From positions 620,001 to 684,000 of the forward strand of contig CM106585.1 in the NCBI GenBank assembly GCA_048013815.1: a stretch of 64,000 nt of DNA, written 5' to 3'. Below the pieces are notes generated by a model, which was not told where the DNA came from, did no database searches, and was given only the letters and a program-made list of their open reading frames with translations. The stretch comes from Setoptus koraiensis (Eukaryota; Animalia; Arthropoda). The translations under genes were made by a program, and so were the position numbers. Of the stretch, positions 56,396-64,000 are shown in pieces (positions within the stretch are counted from its first letter, which is position 1; each line of letters begins with the position of its first letter).

Positions 56396-57216
56396 TGTAA
56401 TCTAAACTTATGTATCAACTCTTTCTGCGAACAATTTTTTTATCTTCGAATTTCCTTGATTTTTCGAGGATAGAATGCTCTTTTTTGGAAAGTATTGAGA
56501 GCTCCAAGAGCTGATAGACAAATCAAACTTGCGATCGCACTAAACAGGGTCAGAAGGCCTCGAGTATTCAACCGCTTTGACAATCATTCGACTTTCGTAT
56601 AACTTACCTTTGGGATGAGGCGAATCTACCCAACAGTGTCTATTTATAGATTTAATCTAGGAAAAATGCTTCAATCTAGACCCATGCTGAGGTTGTTTTT
56701 TGGATACTCCCATATGACTAGACAATTGATTTCTTTCCATTCGATTTGAGTCCTACTGAGATCTCGATTTTATTTTTGCAATTGGTCCGCTATGTTGAAT
56801 GGTGCAGCACATAGAAGCCGGGCAATTCTGAAAATATAGGCCTGCATGAAGCATAATTTCTATGAGGCGTTTTAGTCATCTGATAGAGCGAATTCGTGAT
56901 GGCAACACCAGCTTAAGATCAATTGATTAACTTCACTAATTTTTCTATGGTACCCATTTGTACAAGTGACTTAAGATGACGCTTATATGTGAATCGTGTC
57001 CACGACAGTGCTGTAGACGCAAAATCAAATGCTATATGAATCAACATATATTGTCATGATTATTTGATATTTATTCTTTTGTCTCGTATGCACAATATCT
57101 ATTACCAAATACTTATATTGAGTTCTTTCGTGATGTTCACTGTGTTTATATCTCAGATTTCCTCTCATCCGTTCCATATTCCATTTTCAATGAAATGAAG
57201 GTCTCTAATTATCGGA

Positions 57217-58320
57217 TCAGATTTGTCTGCGCCGAATTATCAGACTCCGGTTTTTCAATCCTTTAGCTTTAGGCTCCGGTGAATGAACAGAACAATGTAA
57301 GTCCCAACCGATATCTTCAAATTTGTCATCAACTTCGAATCTCTTCCGCTCCAATTTGGTCTGTCCTTCATCCGATATATCGTGCATAAAACTCTCAGGA
57401 ACAAAACAGTGCGGGATAACTTTTACCAGAGAAAATCCCTGACAGTATTGGACAGCGCTTATCCATCTAACGACCCGCGAGCTACTCTTTAGTTTGCTGT
57501 TCGTAACATCATTATCGTCTTCGGCCTTTATTCCAACCATAGCAAATCTGGTTATGGGATGAACAGAGTTTTGAGCGTAACTATCGATCAATTTGCAAGC
57601 CTGCTTGACCTTCGCAACTAGCTCGACCATTTCTTTGCTCTCCAATGTGAGAGAAGCGTGCACTCCTTGTCCGTGCCTAGCCTTTATGGCAGCAGTCAGT
57701 ATGATATTCTCAGGTAGATCGATACTCTTTGATCTACTTGGTAAAAGTGATTCGAATGAGGGCCTAATACTTTTATCATTCACAATAACATCCAAGCTCT
57801 GTCTGAGTCTTGCATCTGATTGTTCTGCTTGCTCGAGTTTCTTTTCGAGATTTCTTTTGCAAGTCAAGACAATCTGACCAGTGAATAATGTATAGAATCG
57901 CAACAATCCATGAGACCGCTTAGAGTTCTTATTGCTACTTCCATTGTCACGCATGCGTTTGGTAAATTTGAACAATTGATCAATGAACTCGGATTCGCAC
58001 ACTGAATGTATAGTGGGCAACTGCTCTATAATTCTGTTCAACGATCTGATATCTCCCTCGCCATCAACACTATTCAAACAATCGTTGATGGTTTTGGTAA
58101 TTTGTGCTTTTTCTTGCTTTCGCTCTGTAGGTAAGTCTAACTCTCTCGCAAATTTCAAGAAATCTTGCACTGAATCAAGCAATTGCAATCTATCAAGACA
58201 TATAACTTCCGATGCGGTCCACGGAGCTTCGATCTGATCTTCTGAAGCCCCGGCGCCTAGGAAATATCCATCGAGAAAGGTAACAATAAATGTTGACATT
58301 AACAACCAGTGCACCGACAT
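57217..58320 (-). CDS. 6-Cys secreted protein family, member 4 (367 aa)
   Basis: Same motifs; TATAAATA at 58456-58449, with the CTGGTATAAATA context shared with member 1. Confidence 0.88.
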   Translation of the reverse strand: MSVHWLLMSTFIVTFLDGYFLGAGASEDQIEAPWTASEVICLDRLQLLDSVQDFLKFARELDLPTERKQEKAQITKTINDCLNSVDGEGDIRSLNRIIEQLPTIHSVCESEFIDQLFKFTKRMRDNGSSNKNSKRSHGLLRFYTLFTGQIVLTCKRNLEKKLEQAEQSDARLRQSLDVIVNDKSIRPSFESLLPSRSKSIDLPENIILTAAIKARHGQGVHASLTLESKEMVELVAKVKQACKLIDSYAQNSVHPITRFAMVGIKAEDDNDVTNSKLKSSSRVVRWISAVQYCQGFSLVKVIPHCFVPESFMHDISDEGQTKLERKRFEVDDKFEDIGWDLHCSVHSPEPKAKGLKNRSLIIRRRQI

Positions 58321-58807
58321 TGCAATTTGGCTCTCTCTAAATGATCAAACCTTTATTTGATTGTTTGAGATAGCCTATGGTCACTACTATTTGCTTTGGC
58401 GAATTTCTAAAACATTTCTACTAACAATCCTTCGTTGAACATTGCATTTATTTATACCAGATCGTCATCGTCATTCAGACAACATTTCTGATGCTTGTTT
58501 ACAACAATTCTATTTTTATATAAACGGATGTAAAGAATGCTATTGACAACATATTGAGAGATGTTTAACAAGTTATTTTAGAAAAAAAAAATTTATTTCT
58601 ATCTTGGGACGTTCCGCGGACTCTGATATGTAGTTGTTTTCAATCCCTTTCATTAATCGTATATCGAATTCATGTTCAAACATTTTAGAGGGTAGTTTGA
58701 AAAAGCCCTGTTTCTATATTACTATAGGAGCTACCGAAATCTATCAAAATGTTGTCTGTATTTTCTCATCAACAATTACAAGGATACTGGTCAATCTCGT
58801 ATTTTTT

Positions 58808-60232
58808 TCAATTTTTCGATCTCATGTATCTACCAGTAAGCAAACGAACCATGAAAAGCAGTGCAATTAAGGCAATACCGGCGATGCATACCCACCAGAT
58901 TGTCGCTAAGGCATGGTGTGTACCCGCGGATACTGTTGCGACGTGATGACCCGCTGCGGCACTTGTTGTAACAGCATGACTCGTCAGCAGGCTCGTACTG
59001 CCCCCAAATTTGACTTCTCCCTCTGGGTCCAAATCAGAAAACATTGAATCTTTAACATTTGGTTCCCGACCTATGCCCAGTTTCGTAAACATCCTATCAG
59101 CTAGTTTATCACTCACTTTCCCTAGGCGTCTCACGAGCCAACCTTTCAATCCCGATGTCGGAGTAGTGAAAGATTGTATGCCACTATCGAATTTATCGAA
59201 TGTTTCCACGTCTTTATATCTGTGATACTCTAAAAGTTTTGTCTTCTCTTTATTCAAATCGTCCCATCGCAAACTCTTAGGAATCTCTTCTTCAATATCC
59301 AATTGAGGCTTAATCATCAGTACGCTCTGACAGTATTGAACCGCTTTGAGCCAACGAACAACTTTTGAGCTGCTCTTCAGGTTATTGTCCAAAATCTTCG
59401 ACTCATCTCTAGCAAAATAACCATTTAGAGCGAGTTTAGCTATGGCATATGTCGAGCTTTCTGCCCAATGGTCAACAGACAAGCAAGCTTTTTTCATTTT
59501 CGCAAATTGTTTTACCATATCGAGGCTATTCAAAGTGATATAGACAGATTGTGGTGTTCCATCTGGTGACTTAAGTGACTCGGCCAAAAATAGATTATCC
59601 GGCACAACCCCTACAATTGAACTGCTTAAAATCATTTTTTTCATCAAGAAGCGCATACCTTTACTCAATGGCAGATCGTCAATGGGGACAGTCTGTGTCT
59701 GTGACTCGTCAATGACTTTCAAGCTCTCTACGATAACATCCGATTGTTCTGCTTCATCTACTTTCCTTTCCAAGCTCTTTTTGCATATCACAATAACCTG
59801 GCTGGCTAACATTATGAAAAATCGTGATAATCTGTGCTTCTTTGAGAATTTTCCACTGTTATTCATCCGAAAGTTGAATTCCAACAACAGTTTAGTGAAA
59901 TGCGGTTCACAAACAGAATGAATTTTCGGCAAAGACTCTACGATGTTTTCCAATTCTTTGATATCACCCAGACCGTCAACACTACGGAGACATTTGTTGA
60001 TAGTTTGTGTGATTAGTTGTTGATTACTGTTATGCTCTAATGCTAGTTTCAAATCATTGCTGAAGCCCAAAAATTTCTCCACTGAATCCAACTCTGCAAC
60101 CTTCTTAACGCATTCCGTTTTTGACGTGGTCCAATCATGGATTGCAACAGCTTCTCGGCTGAAAAAGAAGCCACCAAGACAGGTCATAAAGAGTATCGAG
60201 CTCGTCAACGGAAGTACCAACATGTTAGCCAA
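58808..60232 (-). CDS. 6-Cys family, member 5, with C-terminal TM anchor (474 aa)
   Basis: Same motifs plus an extra stalk and TM (IWWVCIAGIALIALLFMV) followed by RLLTGRYMRSKN. Confidence 0.88.
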   Translation of the reverse strand: MANMLVLPLTSSILFMTCLGGFFFSREAVAIHDWTTSKTECVKKVAELDSVEKFLGFSNDLKLALEHNSNQQLITQTINKCLRSVDGLGDIKELENIVESLPKIHSVCEPHFTKLLLEFNFRMNNSGKFSKKHRLSRFFIMLASQVIVICKKSLERKVDEAEQSDVIVESLKVIDESQTQTVPIDDLPLSKGMRFLMKKMILSSSIVGVVPDNLFLAESLKSPDGTPQSVYITLNSLDMVKQFAKMKKACLSVDHWAESSTYAIAKLALNGYFARDESKILDNNLKSSSKVVRWLKAVQYCQSVLMIKPQLDIEEEIPKSLRWDDLNKEKTKLLEYHRYKDVETFDKFDSGIQSFTTPTSGLKGWLVRRLGKVSDKLADRMFTKLGIGREPNVKDSMFSDLDPEGEVKFGGSTSLLTSHAVTTSAAAGHHVATVSAGTHHALATIWWVCIAGIALIALLFMVRLLTGRYMRSKN

Positions 60233-61468
60233 AATATCTTTTCACGCCTTCCGTTCAAGCGAAGGATAACTTGCTCACCTAATTCGTTTTATTTAAATAA
60301 GTATTGTGCTGAAAGATAATCAACTCTTTTCAAGCCAAAGCGAGACCCACTTTCATTCACTCACTACTATTTAGTTTTTTGCAATAATAATTGCCACTGC
60401 AAACAGTTCTATGTAAAAATTCTATTTTCGTTGAAACATTATTAGAAGCGATGTTTGATGATAACGCTAAAAAAGTATTTCTGTTTAAAAAATTACCTAA
60501 AAAAAATTCCTCTGCCTTAGAAATGCACATTTTATTCACAAGAGTCTATTTTCGGATGAGTTTGCACAGTCAACATGAGTTTATAGAGTTTTTTCATTTT
60601 CACTGCTAACTCGAAATTCTTTTTAACAAACCCTCAACGCTGCAGATTTCCGTCACTGGTTTCTGTCACTATTTTTTGTTCGGATCAGAATTGATCTATT
60701 TTTCACAACTTTTTTTAACAGGATGTAAGCTTTTCACAGCAAAGAGGATCTGTTGACGAATGTCTTCCATTTCCAGAAGCTGATCGATCGAAAGAGTGTT
60801 GTGGTTCATGCAAACGAACGCCTCACCGTCATTTTATGAGGGCTGTAGTTTCGACAAACGACTTGCATGATTGGGTTCAAGTTATTATTATGATTATTAT
60901 TATTCATATGCCAATTTTTTACTTATCATATTTACAGAGGAAATAGTATTTATACACTATGCCCAATACTTGTTCACATCGTGACAGAAAACGACATTAG
61001 TAACAAAGTTTCTTCGATTACTTTTCGCGTGTCTGCTTGCAACTCTCAATCTGGTTCCTTGGTGATTCGATCTGACCCGAGGTCGGTAAACAACAAAGTT
61101 TAAAAATAGCAGCGACTCTTGCATTGACTCGTAGAATAGTTCCGGTAGTTCCATTATCGCTTTTCTATGACATTTGACCCCTCATTCCGTCACTCCCTAA
61201 GCGTGCTATATGTAATCTTGTGCGTCTTCGGTGTCAATATTGTCGACTCTGAACCAACGAAGCGATAAAACAACGTTCGCCCGTCCACAACGAAGGAATT
61301 ATCTTTATAGAGAAAGAATCGACCCTCGATCAAGAGATTCGCTATAACTTGATTGAAATTCCGAAACTGACCATACAAGTACAAGAACTCATCAACTACA
61401 ATTGACATCAACATAAAGTTGGTGAATTCATCATATTACTGCTTCGATGGCTGGCTACCAATGAGTAA

Positions 61469-62540
61469 TTAGGATTGCATTTGTGTCATGATGCTCGAGA
61501 ATAGATTAATCTGATTTTGCTGGCCAAGCTGTTGCTGTTGATGATGATGATTTGCGGTTACACCTGATGATGCTGCAGCGGCAGCAGCAGCAGCGGCTGC
61601 TGCGGCCGCGTTAAACACCGTGTTTGTATTACAAAACAAATTATACGATTGGGGACCTATGAGCATCGCCTGTAGCATGCGCTGTTGTTGTTGTTGATAT
61701 TGTAGGTGATCGAATTTAATTGATGGTGGCCTCTGTTGACTATTGATTGCGGTCGCCGACACTGATTGTGTATTACTGATTGGTTGTTGTGCACTGTTGA
61801 TTGGAACTGTCAATTGTGCTGGCATTGTTATTGGCGTTGTTGTCATGGCGATGGGCATTGGCAGTGGCACTGGAATGTTGTGAGTTATAGTGCTAACGGG
61901 CTCAAATAACGGACTCTTTTTCGCCACTGAATGGTCACTATTATCTTGCTCTGAGTGTTTACTGTTTACTGTTGTTTGCTCGCTTGGTTCGTTGATATGT
62001 TGTCGTTGTTGTTGCTGTTGTTGTTGCTGTTGTTGCTGATGTTGAGTTGCCGTCAGACACATGCCTGCATTTGTGACACCGTGATGATACGCATGATGAT
62101 GATGATTGTTTTGAGCAGCCGCGGCCGCAGCCAATAGCGACGTGGGCGAGTTATGTTGAGCTGCGGCCGCCGCCACTGCCGCCACCTGTAAATTGTTCAC
62201 AATTGACCTGCTCAACTGCTCGTGGTTGCTTAGATGCGAGGCTAAATTGGCCGAACAGGCAAGATACAGACTCGTCGAGTCGCCTTGTTGCTGATAACGG
62301 TGCTGATTGTTGTTGGCGTTGCTGTTGTTGTTGTGATAAACAGCCGGATGTAGGTATGAATGGTGCGGTTTGGTGATGGTGGCATGAGCTTGATTTGTTG
62401 CTGGTTCATTGTTGCTGCTGTCGGTGCTGTTAGACGCCGATATGGACTCTTCCAAACTGGAGCTGCCACTGGTATAGCCATCACTTATGCGCTTACTTAG
62501 TTTGGCATCAATGTATTGATTGTAGATGTCATTATTGTGC

Positions 62541-62592
<52 letters not shown>

Positions 62593-63094
62593 GCTGTTGC
62601 GTCATCATTGTATGTTTCTTTATAGAAGCACTAGTGACAGTGTCATTGGATGCTGTGGTTGTTGTCGATATAGGTGGAGGCGTCAATGAAGTGTCGATGA
62701 GTGTTGTTAGGGGGTTGTTGTTGTTGTTGGCTGCAGAGTAGAATGTTGAGTTGTGAAACGGCATGTGATCGTTGCTGCTGTTTGTATCTAGTTTGTTGTT
62801 GCGCTTATTACCTATATGTTTCATCAAGGTGCTCTCTCCTGGTCTCTGTTGTAGTTGTAGTTGTTGTTGATGATGTTGTTGTTGTTGTTGTTGTTGCTGC
62901 TGCTGCTGCTGATAGTCGTAGTGGTGCTGGTACTGCATTTGCATTTGTAACTGTTCTTTTGCAGTGAATAAGTCAAACTGTGGCAAATTGTTGCTGTCAT
63001 ATTGTTTATTGGTGTTGGTGCTGTTGTAAATATGATGATGTTCGGTATTGTTGAATGACGTTGGCCCATTTGTTTGCACACCAACTTGTGCACC

Positions 63095-63129
<35 letters not shown>

Positions 63130-63931
63130 TTGCATGATTGTTGCTGTTGTTGTTGTTCGTTTGTGTGGCCAAACCAGCCAAAGTGTGCTGATGATGCATG
63201 CTGGCGGCACTTGACACAGCCATGGATTGAACATGATTGATTAACGAATAACGTTTGTATCGTTTGCGACGCCTCAAAAAGCTGCCATTGTCGAACATGT
63301 CCTCCGAATGCGGATCTAAACTCCAATAGTTGCCCTTGCCTGGATTTGCGGCCTCGCGAGCCACCTTCACAAAACAATCATTCAACGATAGATTGTGTCT
63401 AATACTATTCTGCCACAATGGATATTTGTCTTTATAATAGGGGAAACGTGACTTAATAAAATCACAAATACCCGCCAATGTTGTGCGTCGATTGTGCGAT
63501 TGCAATATGGCCATTGTAATGAGTGCTATGTAAGAGTAGGGTGGCTTTGGGTGCACAGTGGTGGTGCTTTTCATTAATTGTTTATTACCAGCCAATTGAT
63601 TACATACAGCGGCTTGGCTGTTACTTTTGGCATTGTTTGTTGGCTTGTTGTGTTGCTTTATTGCTTGCTTGCCATTACTACTACTGGTCAGTTTGTTGTT
63701 ACTAGAATGCTGTTTTTTCGCTTTGGCCATTTTACTATTGGTGCTGTTGTGATTGTTGCTTGTGCAAGTTTGCAAGCTATCGCCGCTGTTACTATAATCG
63801 TCGCTTATGTCATAGGCCACTGGATCAATCATGTCCTCGTCGTTGTCGCTGTCTGCACCTTGCAACGTTGTCTTGCCGTCGTCGTGATGACGAGGCGAAC
63901 TGGTCGGCTCCACATGATTGTCGCGATTCAT
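61469..63931 (-). CDS. FoxD: Forkhead box D transcription factor with poly-Q/N/A/T/H tracts (~820 aa from ATG 63931)
   Basis: [17 protein letters not shown]...[13 protein letters not shown]...[17 protein letters not shown]...[31 protein letters not shown]. Confidence 0.92.
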
Positions 63932-64000
63932 ATTCACCACTGATCGTTGATTATTGACTGTTAATGTAAAAATTACTGATTTCTTACGACTTACCAATGA

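Noticed and set aside
60957-61414. Two short minus ORFs with coding-like composition downstream of FoxD
   Set aside because: Different frames, no good splice sites, no recognised family
63932-63997. ORF-track extension of FoxD from a TTG start
   Set aside because: The region reads GTAAGT...TTAACAG (a possible tiny 5' intron at the window edge); ATG 63931 is the more defensible start
1-64000. tRNA, rRNA and snRNA genes
   Set aside because: No cloverleaf with a T-loop GTTCRA context or rRNA/snRNA conserved blocks seen by eye. A tRNAscan-SE/Infernal run would settle it.

Overview
Eukaryotic, gene-dense and intron-poor animal DNA. Where introns occur they are short GT-AG introns of about 100-170 bp. 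An arthropod origin is supported by a gustatory receptor with the TM7 ILILQF signature and a TATA/TCATTT-Inr promoter. A miniaturised-genome mite (eriophyoid-like) is my inference, not something the sequence proves. The window has three accessory islands. (1) 0.03-5.6 kb: four paralogous small secreted acidic peptide genes amplified together with 3' fragments of the adjacent lipase and a Helentron/HINE-like element. (2) 17.8-20.8 kb: orphan secreted proteins, a hAT MITE and a further HINE-like copy. (3) 50.2-60.3 kb: a MITE-interrupted serine-protease pseudogene and a tandem array of five 6-Cys secreted proteins, one of them membrane-anchored. Between the islands are recognisable genes, several structurally odd. 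They include a 1043-aa lipase with N/Q/G/H-rich inserts, a serpin, a G9a-like SET protein without ankyrins, a Tkv-like BMP receptor without a kinase, a haspin lacking its P-loop glycines, a gustatory receptor and a truncated polycystin-like PLAT protein. Also present are an EF-hand-PPP phosphatase fusion, a BTB protein, ENOPH1, TMEM230, two MARCH E3 ligases, HDAC11 with His143->Gln, three orphan type I membrane proteins, a CD36-like protein with a basic 9-aa repeat tail, and FoxD. I found no rRNA, tRNA or CRISPR array. Splice models were worked out by hand; all family calls come from motif recognition, not database searches.
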